In this document: piece by piece, positions 12,429-26,893 of the stretch | Layout of the letters: each line of letters starts with the position of its first letter | Numbering within the stretch: the stretch's first letter is position 1 | Origin: Octopus sinensis | Lineage: Eukaryota | Assembly: GCF_006345805.1 (NCBI RefSeq) | Contig: NC_043007.1 | Coordinates: 17,360,001 to 17,424,000 of the forward strand | Direction: 5' to 3' | DNA length: 64,000 nt | Notes under the pieces: generated by a model | The model's input: the letters and a program-made list of their open reading frames with translations, nothing else | Databases searched by the model: none | Told to the model about the DNA's origin: nothing | Made by a program: the position numbers and the translations under genes

Positions 12429-12509
12429 ATCATCATCATCATCACCACCACCACCATTGTCATCATCATCACCATCATCACCACCATTGTCATCATCATC
12501 ATCATCATC

Positions 12510-12540
<31 letters not shown>

Positions 12541-12776
12541 CCACCACCATTGTCATCATCATCATCATCATCACCACCACCACCACCACCACCATTGTCA
12601 TCATCACCACCACCACCACCACCACCACCACCACCATTGTCATCATCATCACCACCACCACCATTGTCATGATCATCATCATCATCACTACCACCACCAC
12701 CACCACCACCACCACCACCACCACCATTGTCATCATCATCACCACCACCACCATTGTCATCATCATCATCATCATC

Positions 12777-12807
<31 letters not shown>

Positions 12808-13004
12808 CCACCACCATTGTCATCATCATCATCATCATCACCACCACCACCACCACCACCATTGTCATCATCACCACCACCACCACCACCACCACCACCA
12901 CCATTGTCATCATCACCACCACCACCACCACCACCATTGTCATCATCATCACCACCACCACCATTGTCATCATCATCATCATCATCATCATCACTACCAC
13001 CACC

Positions 13005-13050
<46 letters not shown>

Positions 13051-13130
13051 CACCATCACCACCACCACCACCATTATCATCATCATCACCACCACCACCA
13101 CCACCATCATCACCATCACCACCACCATTG

Positions 13131-13169
<39 letters not shown>

Positions 13170-13213
13170 CCACCACCACCATTGTCATCATCATCATCAT
13201 CACCACCACCACC

Positions 13214-13247
<34 letters not shown>

Positions 13248-13434
13248 TCATCATCACCACTATTGTTGTCATCATCATCATCATCACTATCACCATTGTC
13301 AACATCATCACCACCACCACCGTCGCCATCATCATCATCATCACCACTATTGTCGTCGTCGTCGTCATCATCATCATCTTCACCACCACCACCATTGTCA
13401 TCATCATCACCATCATCATCACCATCATCATCAC

Positions 13435-13469
<35 letters not shown>

Positions 13470-13539
13470 CCACCACCACCATTGTCATCATCATCATCAC
13501 CATCACCAACATCATCACCAACATCATCATCATCATCAT
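12429..13539 (+). repeat. 1.1-kb compound (CAT)n/(CAC)n array punctuated by TTG
   Basis: Seen directly; source of the spurious 278-387 aa ORFs. Confidence 0.95.
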
Positions 13540-14191
13540 TATAAAAGAAATTTAGTGGCTTAGTCAAATGGGAGGAGCTGTGTCCTTAACCTTTACAAGC
13601 TTCCAAGACTGGTAAAACTCATTATACTTATGTTCGTTTTGAACAATTTTAAGTCTACGACTTGAGGCAAAACGTTAACGAGGAGGAAATTACCAAAAAC
13701 TGATGCTCTAGAAAAGAGGATAGAGCAAAGCATTTAGTATGGGGTCTAGAGGTGGGAGGTGGGGTGGAGTTCATGTAGATGAAGTGAGAAGGAAAGACAA
13801 GTATGTTGGATGGGCTTTTGTGGAGGTGGTACACAGCCAAAATCTTTTGTAGAAATGGTAGAAAATCCAAAGTGAGCAAAGGCTAACAAGAAATAAGTCG
13901 AAACACAAACTGCGCCAAATGCCAACCAATCAGAGCAGTGGACGCAACAGGGTCAAACTAGCCAAAGATGGTTGTAATCTCAAACGAGATCATTCCTAAT
14001 GTGTCTCTCAAACAGTAAGGATATCAGATACGCTACAGGTGACTTCATACCAGTCAGTCGCTTGACTTTCTTTTGGATGCAATACAGAATGTTTGTATGT
14101 CTAACAGCAGCAGCAGAGTTCAAGAGCAATATTCTGTTGTGTATCTCAACTGAGCTTTGTAGAAAGTCATTAACATCATCATCATCATTAT

Positions 14192-14563
14192 CTAGCAGTA
14201 TCGCCCGGCATTGCTCGGGTTTGTTTCGACTCTTTAGAATTGAAATTTTTGAAAAGTAAAAATGTTGCATTATGTAGCTTATTATTCTCTTTAAGTGAAA
14301 ATTTTTCTGATTGAAACACAGCAGTCAAAAAATCATAAAAAATAGCGATTTTCATAGAAACAAAGCATCTTTTTGATGTAAATAATTTTTGGTGTTAACA
14401 TGGTCCGATTTTAATTTTTTCTTCTACGGAAGGAAGAGCAAGCCTTCTTCTATCATATTCTCAATTTTGGTCAATTTGCGCCGCAGGGTCTCGGAGGAGA
14501 TAGTGTTAGTTGAAGGCTACCAAACCTGCCATACACAGACAACTTCAGCTTTATATATATAGA
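14192..14563 (-). mobile_element. Non-autonomous Helitron-type element, copy 1
   Basis: Minus strand a|TC...hairpin cccgagcaatgccggg...CTAG; near-identical to 32573-32966. Confidence 0.75.
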
Positions 14564-15059
14564 TGTCCGTTGTCCATGCTGGCATGGGTTGGATGGTTTG
14601 ACCAGAGATGGCAAGCTGGAGAGCTGCACCAGGCTCCAGTCTGTTTTGGCACAGCTTCTATGGCTGGATACCCTTCCTAATGCCAACCACGTTACAGAAT
14701 GTGCTGGGTGCTTTTAACATGACACCACACAAACGCTTTTACATGACACCACACAAACGCTTTTACATGACACCAGCATGAATGCTTTTTATGTGGCACC
14801 AACACAGGACTCTCACAGGCCAATCCTGTCCATTGGAGAAAGTGGCCTTAGCACTTCTGCTGTGGAATACGGGTCTTCTTGAGTACAGCAAGGTACCAGG
14901 TATCTCAGTCCTTTGTCATCTCATCTGAAAATTTCAGCATCTTGAGATCGTCCTTCAGTACTTTGTCCTATGTCTTCCTGGGTCTCCCTCTTCCATGTGT
15001 TCCATCTACTTTGAGCGATTAGATAATGCAAATAGGTAGGAAGCTTAACAAGCATATTT

Positions 15060-15398
15060 ACCTGTAAGATGCAGCAAATTTCTTTGTTAGTGTTAAATGC
15101 AACACCATTAGATTCACCAATTTTCTCAAAGGTGAGTATCATAGGAGACCAGATTTCCTGCATATTTGGTTTCACACAAGACATATTGGCTATCATCAAG
15201 GAAGGAAAAGAATTCCCAACGTCGAAGAATATGGTTTTAAATCACCTTCTTTGATATTTTGCAAGTGTGAGTGATAGATTGATAATTAGCAGAATCATAG
15301 AGGTTACCTTTCTTAGGGATGGGATACACTGTACTAGATTGCCAAAGATCAGGGATGAGAGAGAGAGTGAGAAAGAGAGAGAGAGAGAGAAAGAGAGT

Positions 15399-15433
<35 letters not shown>

Positions 15434-15500
15434 AGAGAGAGAGAGATTTGTGAGGATAAGCTTTAAGGCATGTTGTTTAAGAGGAATATTGTCCAACTAG
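15060..15500 (-). mobile_element. Possible highly decayed LINE reverse-transcriptase remnant interrupted by (GA)n
   Basis: Weak motifs in different frames: ILLIINL, SFLDDSQY (xADD-like), FEKIGESNGVAFNTNK. Confidence 0.25.
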
Positions 15501-16023
15501 GGCAGCCATGTATCACCTCTTCAGCAAGACACTTGTCTCACCTCCCTCAATACTATACCCTCAGTCAGTTGAGGCATAATATAAGAGTTTACTAGCCCCA
15601 ATTTTAGGTACAGTTTAATGTTTTGAGATGATGATTCTTTTCATTCTTATAAATTTTCATCATCATTTAACATCTTCCTTCCAAGCTGGCATAGGTTATA
15701 TCTTTAATCTTTTACCTGTTTCAGTCATTAGGCTGTGGCCATGCTGGGGTACATGCTTTGAAGAACTTTTAGTTGAATGAACTGACCCCAGTACTTATTT
15801 ATTTTTTTAAGCCTGGTACTTATTCTATTGGTCTCTTTTGCTGAACTGCTAAGTTAGAGGGATGTAAACACCAACATTGATTGTCAAGCATTGGTGGGGA
15901 AAAAACACAGACACACAGATACACAGACATGCACATATACACACACACAGTATATATATATATATTATGTATGTGTATATATATATATATACCACACATC
16001 ATCATATATATATATATACATAC

Positions 16024-16091
<68 letters not shown>

Positions 16092-16206
16092 TACATTTAT
16101 ATATACTACATACATATATATAATATATATATATATAATATATATATTAGACATCATATATAATATACATACATACATATATAATATATATATATATATA
16201 TATAGA

Positions 16207-16252
<46 letters not shown>

Positions 16253-16380
16253 CAATGGGCTTCTTTCGTTTCCATCTACCAGATCCATCACAATCTTTGC
16301 TCAGCCTTAGGCTAATTAGAAGACATCTGTCAAATTGCCATGCAGTGGGCCTGAATGAATCAGATGTTGGGAAGCATCCT

Positions 16381-16648
16381 TATGTATGCATGTATGTGCA
16401 TGCATGCATGTATGTATGTATTATGTATGTATGTATGTATGTATGTATGTATGTATGTATGTATGTATGTATGTATGTATCTATGTATGTATGAATGTTT
16501 GTATGTATGAATGTATGTATGTATGTACGTACATACGTATGTATGTATGAATGTATGTATGTATGTATGTATGTATGTATGTATGTATGTATGTACGTAC
16601 ATACATATGTATGTATGTATGTAGGCATACATGCATGTATGTATGTAT
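16381..16648 (+). repeat. (ATGT)n microsatellite
   Basis: Seen directly. Confidence 0.95.
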
Positions 16649-16797
16649 TTTTAGTTTTAATCAAATTTGCACTTTTAGATTTGTTTAAATTCCAGCTTGA
16701 GATTTACTACAAAACATGTTAAAATCTTCTGAAACCTAATTCAAACCTAGAAAGAAAATTTTTTTAAAGAAAATTTTTGCTATTTTCCTTTTCCTAG

Positions 16798-16858
16798 GTA
16801 TTTGGCCATCAGAGGAAGTTCTTGCTTATTACTGTTTAAAGCACCGCAGTATGTTCAG
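16798..16858 (+). CDS. CAMKMT: CAMKMT coding exon (61 nt): (C)[19 protein letters not shown](S)
   Basis: ttttcctag acceptor, ag|GTAAG donor, conserved [15 protein letters not shown]. Confidence 0.95.
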
Positions 16859-19800
16859 GTAAGAATGCCAGACAAGATTCTAATAAATTACAATTACACA
16901 AGAAATATGACAATAAGCCATTTCACCTATATCCTTGCAAACTAACAAGAGAGTCTTCACATAGTCACTTGATCTACTAGAAACAGAAGCTATGTACTTT
17001 TCATATCACAGCCTACTTTATTAAAACAGGTAGGACACATTAAATAATTTTGTAGAAGTATTAAATAAAAGAGAAGTTGGTTACACTCAGAATGCATTTA
17101 TCATTATCAGCATCACCTTACTGGCACTTATGCCTGTGCTAGTAGGGTGCCAAGAGCACCATCCGAGCAGCCAACTGGCTTCCATACCCGCAGCATGTAA
17201 AATGGCACCATTCGAAAGTGATCGTTACCAATGTTGCTTCACTGGCACCTGTACCGGTAGCACGTGTAAAAAGATTCGAGCGAGGTCATTGCCAGTACCA
17301 CCTGACTGGCCCCCGTGCCAATGACATGTAACAAGCACCCACTATATTCTTGAAGTAGTTGGCGTTAGGAAGGGCATCCAGCTGTAGAAACTCTGCCAGA
17401 TCAGATTGGAGTCTGGTGCAGCCATCTGGTTTGCCAGCCCTCGGTCAAAATCATCCAACCCATGCTAGCATGGAAAGTGGACGTTAAACGTTGATGATGA
17501 TGATGATGATGATTATAAGAGCTAACTTGGAGTTAGATGATAATAGCTCATGTTCTCAGACCAAACAAGGAACCTATTCATATGCATGCTTCTTGTTAGA
17601 AACAGCAGTTAATATTTCTTGTATTCACCCTTTGCTTAAAAAAGAAAGAGGAATAACACATTGGATAATGTAGCTCTAGATACACTGTCTCTAAAAATAA
17701 AGGTGTGTTAATCACAGTTGAAACACCTTTGGTAAGTGCTTGTACCACTCATTTTTGCCGGCTGAGTGGACTGAGGCAATGCAATATAAAGTGTCTTGCT
17801 TAAGGATACAATGCACCACCAGGAATTGAACTCACAACCTCATGATCATGAGCCAAATATCCTAACCAGTCACTTCAGTTATGACTCCTAGGGCCCTGAG
17901 AAAAATAGTTTTTTGTTGTTGTTGTTTTTTATGAATTTCAAGTCGTAATTACCTGAGTTATCAATCCTGTTAAAATATAATTAATCTAATCATGCCTCTA
18001 AGATAAATATTAATTTGTCGTCCTAAAAATATATATTCATATTTTATTTTCTTCAGTGGTAAAAGGATCTGTGAACTTGGTGGTGGGATGACATGTCTTG
18101 CAGGAATCTGTGTAAGTAACCATTTCTCTTTTCTTTTTAAAAATTTTTGTCATTTGTTTTATTTATTGATGGCTGCAGGAACATACTATGAGGTTATAAA
18201 GTTTGGTTATGGTCCAGAGTTCAATTCTATTGCATAGTACTTTGAGTCGGTGTCTTCTGCCATAGTCTCAAGTTGATTATTACTTTGTGAGTGGAATTTA
18301 GAAGGTAGTGCCATTTTAGAAACTCATCATATAAATATACAAGCAAAAGCCCCCCCCCCCGCGTCCAATGGACGGTGCTGAGTTGTCAAACATTTAAACC
18401 AAATTTTCTCAAAACAACTTGTCCGACCGTTCCATAGGCCTCCCCTTTGAGAAACACTGATTTAGCCTAAATTTGAGACACCAGCAAAAGAAGAAATAAA
18501 GATAGACTTTTTTTCTATTCCAAAGAAAAACGATTTTATTCACACAAGTATGCAACCGAAGAGTTTAAAGTAAGCTTGGCAGGAAAGAAACGTGCCTTTA
18601 AGCAGGACAAAAACAACAAAAAAATGGAAGGTGCAGTTATGTACAGGTTGATGGAAGAAAAGCAGGACAAAAACGGCTTTATTGATCGCATTCTCACCTG
18701 GAATCAATTTTTGTAATTTTTTCAAGACTTTTACAAGCCCTGATACCGTCGGTATCTACATATCAAATTTCAGTGCAATTGGATGGAGGATGCCCGAGAT
18801 CCTAGAAGACACACACACTGATAGACAGAACAGATTTTATGTAATAGATATGCATATAGACAGGTGTAAAAGGGATGTGTTGAGTTTTGTCTCCTTTCAT
18901 TGGTTTCAAATTTTGGCTCAAGGCCAGCAATTTCAGGGGGAGGGGTAAGTCAATTACATTGACTCCAGTGTTCAACTGGTACTTATTTTAAAAACCCCGA
19001 AAGGATAAAATTTGACCTTGGTGGAATTTGAACTCAGAACATTAAGATGGGTAGCATGCTGTTCAGCATTTTGCCTGGCATGCTAACGATTTGGCCAGCT
19101 CACCACCTTTGTGTCCCTTTAATTGAAAGGTAACTTAGCCATTCAGTGAACAGAAATTAGTAAAATAAATTAAGAATAAATTATAAATGACAGTCTAGCC
19201 CATTCCAGTGGAGAACATGGATGCTAAATGATAATGATGATGAAATAAAATGAAGGAAAAGCTTAGCTTCCATTTGCAGATGAGTATGACTGATTACAAA
19301 TATCTTGGGTCATACATATCATCATCTGAAAAAGATTTTCTAACTAGAAAGGGTATGGCCTGGTCAGCCTGTAATGATATGCATAAGACCTGGTCATCAA
19401 ATCTAAGTAGAGATTTCAAACTTAAAATCTTCAAAGCCACAGTCGAACCAATTCTACAATATGGCTCAGAAACCTGGACGTTATCAAAGAAGCTTGAGAG
19501 GCAGTTGGATGGAACTTACACTCGCCTCCTTATGAGAGCTCAAAATCTCTCGTGGAAGCATCATCCAACCAAAGTACAAATATATGGGGAAACTACCACC
19601 TGTATCATCTCTTGTGAAAGGTAGAAGAGTCCAGTTTGCTGGACATTGTTGTAGAGCTGAAAACGAGGCAATTTCTACTCTTCTCCTCTGGAAGCCATCT
19701 ACTCGCAATACCAGAGGGCGCACACTCTCCTACCCTGATGTAATCTCCAGGGATACAGGCATCCAGCAACAAGACCTCCCTAATGCTATGATGGACCATG

Positions 19801-20496
19801 AAGTCTGGCGTAACATAGTAAATTCCATTGTCTCAACCACGGTGGAACAATGATGATGATGATGATGACTTGGCAGCTTCTACCATACCTTTACTCATTG
19901 TTTTAGGTTCTTATGTAGTCACAAGCAGACACAGACATACCCTTGGCCCACCCATTCTTGACCCCGTGGGATGCCAAGGATGTAACATCTGGAGGCAGAA
20001 AGAGCTGCACCAGCAGTTGTGCTGGGACACATTTTCAGTTGAGTATATCTGAGCAGCATGAAATGATGCCCCTTGCTCAAGGATACAATACATTGTCCAG
20101 TTCAGGAATTGATCCCATGATCTTATGTTAGTGAGCCCAACATCCTTACAACTAGACCATGTGCCCCAAGTGTTAAAATAAGTATACATCATCATCGACA
20201 TCATTATTATCATTTAACATCCACTTTCATGTTTGCATGGGTCAGGTAGAATTTGTTGAGTTGTGTTTTCTACAGCTGGATGCCCTTCCTGTCACCAACC
20301 CTCGCCTGTTTCCAAGTAAGGTAATATTTTTCCCTTTGGTCAGATGTGTATCTCACAGAAGACTAGAAGTGAACAACATCATTTGCGTGACCGATCCTCA
20401 TTTACAACCATCTTGTGATGTCAAGACAAGGGTATACACAATCACACATACACACACACATGTGCACGTGCATGCACACTCACACACACACACACT

Positions 20497-20527
<31 letters not shown>

Positions 20528-22225
20528 GCATATTTATACAACAGGCTTCTTTCAGTTTTTGCCGACCATATCCACTCACAAGGCTTTGGTTGGCCCAGGG
20601 CAATAGAAGACGACACTTGCACAAGGTGTTGCACACTGAGATTGAACCTGAGACCATACGGCCGGGAATCCAGCTTTTTCCACTTCACAGCCATGCCTGC
20701 ACTTACTGGACTGATATAAGTACTGGAGTTGACATGATTAATTATAAGTCTTCAGAGTGGTGCCCCAGCATGGCCACAGTCCAATAACAGAAACCATTAA
20801 AAGATAAACAAAATTCCAACTCTTTTATGTCCACATCCTACAAGTTGAATGTGTCTTTTACTTTTTGTTTCATCTGCCGCTGTCATTACTACAAGATGCT
20901 GGCAGTGTTCTGGAAATTATCAGGAAGTGGTTGAGTGACATCACTATGGATAGGGCACCAGTTTTGTATAGAGTGGTCGACATTGACATTTCTGTGATAA
21001 TGATCCCTATTGATCGATTTTTTTCTTTTTCCTTTTATTTTTATTCCCCCCCACCACTTTTTTTTTCTTTTGCTTTCCTCTTTCTTTCCTTTTGCGATCC
21101 CTTTTGATCGAAAACCAACCCCGCTTTTTTTTATCCCCAAAAGAAAAGCTCTACCTTGTAATTTGTCCCGTCTGTGTGCAGCCTTGTGTGGCTAATAAAG
21201 AAACATATCTAAAGTGGGATTTGATCTCACGCTGCAAATTAACAAAACTCCCATCAGTTACAGTGATCCCTACAACTTTCAGAAACTGAACCCCTGAAAG
21301 TTCAGAAATGCTGCATATAATAATAATAATAATGAAATTATTGTATACAGTGCTCAGGTGCACCACAACTTGTCAAAAGTGCATATAAAACATATGCAGT
21401 AATGTACAGATGTCTGGAAAGTGAACAGTGTATGAGTCAGATACATGCTTGCGTGTGTATGGAGGAGAGGAAATCAGGTGTAGCGTTGGCGAATCTCAGG
21501 AAGCATGGAAGTATTGAAGGATGCAGTGCTCCGACAACTAACAACTGATGCCGGCAGTTTGTTCCATGCTTCAGCAACTCTTAGCGTGAAAAAATATTTC
21601 TGAAAGTCATGGGAGCTGTGCTGTTTTCTGACTTTGTAAACCTGTCCATGGGTGTTAGACAGGTGGAGTTTGAAAAGGTGATCAGAGTTATTGTTTGTAA
21701 GATGGTTGATAATTTTATGGGTGTCTGCCAAGTCAGCTGCCAGATGTCGGAGTGTGCATCTCTGCTTCAAGACAGTCTTACCAAGTCATCAAGCATTAAG
21801 CTGTGACACTAATTAATGGAAATGAATTAATTAAACACAGAAATATAAACTGTGTGCATAATATACCATACTGATCCCTCTCCCTCACCTACACCTTTTA
21901 TTTTCTTCATTCCTTTCTGTTTATCTGCTTTTTTCTCTCTATCTCTTTTTCCATCTTTTTTTCGGCCATCTTTATCTCTCATCTCTCATCTTTGTTGCCT
22001 TTTTTCTGTCACTTTGTTTCCCCCTCTCATTCTCTCACTCTCTGTCTATCTCTACCTCTGCCTCTCTGCCTCTCTGCTTTCCTTCACAATCTCACACTGA
22101 GCCAATACTTCAATCTTGGCACATGGAGCCAATAGCTTCCTGTCTTCATCACATGGTGCCATTGATTTTCTTTTTTTATGCTGTTGTTTATGTTCAAACT
22201 TACTGCAGGAGATTGAGAGATGGAA

Positions 22226-22258
<33 letters not shown>

Positions 22259-22265
22259 AGAGATT

Positions 22266-22302
<37 letters not shown>

Positions 22303-25300
22303 GGATATATAGAAAGATGGATAGATGGATAGATAGATAGATAGATAGATAGATAGGTAGATAGATAGGTAGATAGATAGATAGATGGATTAATAGATAG
22401 ATAGATAGATAGGTAGATAGATAGATAGATGGATTGATGGATAGATAGATAGATAGATAGATGGATTGATAGATGAATAGATAGATAGTTAGACAGATAG
22501 ATAGATAGATAGATAGATAAATAGATATGTTTCTTTATTAGCCACACAGGGCTGCACACAGACAGGACAAATTACAAGGTAGAGCTTTTCTTTTGGGGGT
22601 AAAAAAAGGGGGTTTGGTTTTCGATCAAAAGGGATCGTAAAAGGAAAGAAAGAGGACAAAAAATGGGAGTGGGATAGAAAATAAAAGGAAAAGGAAAAAA
22701 ATCGATCAATAGGGATCGTTATCACAGAAATGTCAATATAAAGTGTAAAGGGGAGGACAGGTGAGGTTTACCCATGGAAAGAAAAGCCTACGGAAAAGAC
22801 CACAGTAACCTCGGTCAACGAAGTCACATGTTATATTTTTTTTTACAAATAAGCAACTCTCTGTATTAATTTTTACGGTTCATAGGATCATAGTCAAGGT
22901 GGCTTCGTCATTTATATGTGCCATCCTTGTTACATTCTCCCATCTTTTTTTAAAACATTCACTAGACAAAACTTGCCTCTCTACTCTCACTTTCCTCTTC
23001 AAGTGATACTTGAAGAAGTTGATGAGAGATTGACCAGAGAGGAAAGTGTTTGTCTCTAATCTTTTTAGGCGCGTCCACCAGATACATTCTTTCGCCATAG
23101 CCACAAGTATGATGAAAATAGCTCTTCCTTCCCGTTTGAAGGAAGGAGGCGTGAAAACATTAACGATAGACTCGGCTGATAAACCGACACGTCGTTCGAC
23201 ATATGCCCACAGGTCGGAGATTGTTGGACACTGCACGATTGCATGCAGAATGGTTTCGTCGCTCTGCCCGCATCTCGGGCAGGTTCTTATGAGGAAGAAT
23301 CAACATGTTTGGGAGCTGATGTACAGGAGGGATGAATTTGGTAGGGCCCCACATATATAATATCATGGGTAGTAAAATTCAGATCAAGTAAAGTTATCCT
23401 AGTGATTAGTAGACAAAAACTCCTTCTAACAATGTTTAAAGTGGAGTTGCGTGGCTTAGTGGTTAGGGTGTCAGCATCATGATCGTAAGATTGTGGTTTC
23501 GATTCCTGGACCGGGCGACGCGTTATGTTCTTTTGCAAAACACTTCATTTCACGTTGCTCCAGTCCACTCAGCCGGCAAAAATGAGTAACGCTGCAATGG
23601 ATTGGCGTCCCGTCCAGCTGGGGAACACATACGCCATTAAAACCGGGAAACTGGACCCATGAGCCTGGCTAGGCTTTAAAAGGGTGCATTTATTTATTTA
23701 TTTATTTTAAGAATGTTTAAAATCTGAAAACAGCAAGCAAGGGAAATAACTGTAATAGGATCAAGATATGCTAAGAATAGAGAAACTGCAGAGTGGAATA
23801 GATCTGGTCTTATTAGAAATCATAAGGGAAGTATATTCTCCTCAGGACTCAGCTTGATCGGAATATGGTTGCATGGAGACACAGACAAGACACCTGGCTT
23901 CAGAATCAGACCTACTGTGCCATACTTTGGGCGAGTGCCTTCTAATTTAGCCCCAGGCTGACCAAAGCCTGATGAGTTGGCTTGATAGACAGAAACTGAA
24001 AGAAGCCCACTGTACAATATATATTTGTATGTACAGATTTGGTGACTAGTTTGGTAAATGCCAGTACTTGAAACTCTCAGCCCTTGGGTCACTCTGTTAC
24101 TTCTGCCCATGCTAAGAGCACCATCCGAGCGTGATTGTTGCCAGAGCAGCTATCTGGCCTCCGTGCCGGTGGCACATAAAAGGCACCATTCGAGCGTGAC
24201 CGTTACCAGCATCACCTTACTGGCACCTGTGCCAGTGGCATGTGTAAAAAGATTCAAGCAAGGTCATTGCCAGTACTGCCTGACTGGCCCCCATGCTGGT
24301 GGCACGTAAAAGCACCCACTACACTCTCGGAGTGGTTGGCATTAGGAAGGGCATCCAGCTGTAGAAACTCTGCCAGATCAAGATTGGAGCCTGGTGCAGC
24401 CATCTGGTTCACCAGCCCTCAGTCAAATCGTCCAACCCCTGCTAGCATGGAAGGCGGACGTCAACGATGATGATGATGATGATGTATATGAGGGTGTATG
24501 TGCATGTGTGTGTCTATGCATCTGTTTACATCTGTGCTTCTCTGAAAATTATTTTGCTAGAAGCTGTGATGTTGTTCTCTTTCCCTTGTCAACAAATCGT
24601 CTGTTGGCTTTGCACCTTTGAAGACATTTGGGATAAGAAATCTCTTCCTCACGTGAAAAACAAATAAGGGTTAGCAACAGGAAGAGCAACCAACTGTAAT
24701 ACACTGCTTCAGTAATATATTCATCTAACCCATGCTAGCATAGAACAACATTTTTCTTAAATGAAATGAAATAATATGTACGTAAGTATATATACTATGT
24801 ATGAATGTATATAATATACATTATATATAGTTATATATAAATATATATGTAAGTATGTATGTATGTATCTATCTATCTATCTATCTACATATATATATAA
24901 TATATGACCTCAGCGGAATTTGAACTCAGAACGTGGTGACAGACGAAATACCTCTTAGCATTTCACTTGGTGTGCTAACATTTCTGCCAGCTCGCCGCCT
25001 TATTGACCATAGATCTGCTGAATCAGCTCACGCTTGGGGGTCAAATCAGTATCAACATCATTGGTCACTCAACTAGCTTGGAAGAACAGCCAAAATTCCC
25101 TCAAATTATGCTCTTTATGACTATATAGGACTACACCAGATAATGTAGTCCTAGATTGCCCTAAAAAGACAAGCTGGTCACAGTTGGACTACCCTTGATG
25201 AAAGGGCTACTCAGGGCTAAATAGGATCTAGACAACACAACAACAATAACCACAACCATTAACATAAGCTATTCAGTGATTGTTATTGATAACTAAAAAA

Positions 25301-25508
25301 AAATTATTTGTCATTTACAGGTAGCAGCATCAAGCAGTGCCACCTATGTTGAAATTACAGATGGCAATGAAAATTCCATAAAAAGTAAGTTTTGTCCTTA
25401 TTTCAGCTTTTCTTTTCTCAGATTCACTAATGTTTCTTTTTTGCATTTCTTACTCCATCAGTGGCAAATGATTTATACATACATTCATACACACAAACAT
25501 ACGTGTAT

Positions 25509-25546
<38 letters not shown>

Positions 25547-26851
25547 GTATGTGTGTACATATGTAGTGAGAATGCATGGCTTAGTGGTTAGGGTGTTTGC
25601 ATTCATGATTGCAAGTTCATGGTTTCAATTCCTAGATCGGGTGGTGTATTGTGTTCTTGAGCAAAATACTTCATCTCACATTGCTATGCAATCACTTCAG
25701 CACCTGGCATTTGGCACACTGTACACCTGTTCAGGTAATGTCGATTTGAAGGAAGCACAAGGCCTCAGATTTGGGGCAAGGGATTAAGTCAATTGCATCG
25801 ACCCCTGTGTGTAACTGGTACTTATTTCATCGACCCTGAAAGGATGAAAAGCAAAGTCAACCCCAGTGGAATTTGAACTCAGAATGTAGCGATTGGCAAA
25901 ATTAACCCAGAGTTGGGACCCTTACAGGTGCTACTATTCTGGATCAGAGTAAACATTGGAACAATAGTGGCTAAGAGGTGCTTCCACACTCCCCAAACCC
26001 TAAGATTCCCAGATCAAGGCCCCACTAGCAGATGCAGTTTAAAGTCATACCCAGGACACACACACTTATGCACACACATGCACGCACACAACACACACAT
26101 GTATGCGTCTATGTGTGTGTGTGTGTGCTAAGCACTCTTAATCTTGCCAAATGAGTTGATGATGTTTTGCGGAGGAGAACAAATAATAATGAAACATACC
26201 CATTACTTTGACCAGGTGATTTTGAAAAACAGATCCACTCCAATCTGCATTTTCTACATAAGTGGTAACCCAACTGTGGTTTGTGGGTTACATATGGCTC
26301 CCAAAATTATTCCATGCAGCTCCTGAGATAATGTTGGGTTTCAGTGCTATTTTTCCTAAAACAGCTTTACCATTCTGCCAACCATATTTTAAAGCATTAC
26401 CTGCAAAAATGAAGACTCAGTAACATATGCCACTGTATAACTTGTTATATATAAATATTATTTTAAACACATATTGTGGCTTTTGAAAGAATATAACAAA
26501 AAAAAAGAAATGTACGTGGTTCTTAAATAACTTATTCACTTATGTCCAGAAGTTCTTGTAGGAGTCATCTCCCTTGTTTGTTGTTTATCTTAAGAGAACT
26601 TTTGTCAATATATCTGCTATCTTTTACTTGTTTCAATCATTGGACAGCAGCCATGCTAGGGCGCTGCCTTGAAGGGTTCAATCAAACAAATCAACTCTAG
26701 TACTTGTTTTTATAAACCTGGTACTTATTCTCTCGGCCAGTTATGCTGAACTGCTAGGTTACCAGGATGTAAACAAACCAACATCAGTTGTCAAACTGTG
26801 GTGCAAGACCAATACAAACACAAAGGCACACACACATAAACATATACTTAC

Positions 26852-26893
<42 letters not shown>

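Noticed and set aside
12404-13567. 278-387 aa Asp/Gly-, Ser/Pro-, Thr/Ile- and His-rich ORFs
   Set aside because: They are translations of a CAT/CAC array, open in many frames, with no splice or domain support
13921-13945. CCAATCAGAG (NF-Y-like box) in unique sequence as a CAMKMT promoter
   Set aside because: A single short motif; no CAMKMT N-terminal coding exons follow it
15091-15131. Exon-like 41-nt segment with tag acceptor and GTGAGT donor as a CAMKMT exon
   Set aside because: No frame gives the expected FxNTGNV motif
19850-19868. RTE LINE as the mobilising partner of family D because both end in (TGA)n
   Set aside because: The sequences just upstream of the tails are not homologous
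23966-24000. CTGATGA...GAAA spacing resembling a hammerhead
   Set aside because: No stem II or stem I pairing; it is a mutated segment of a family C SINE
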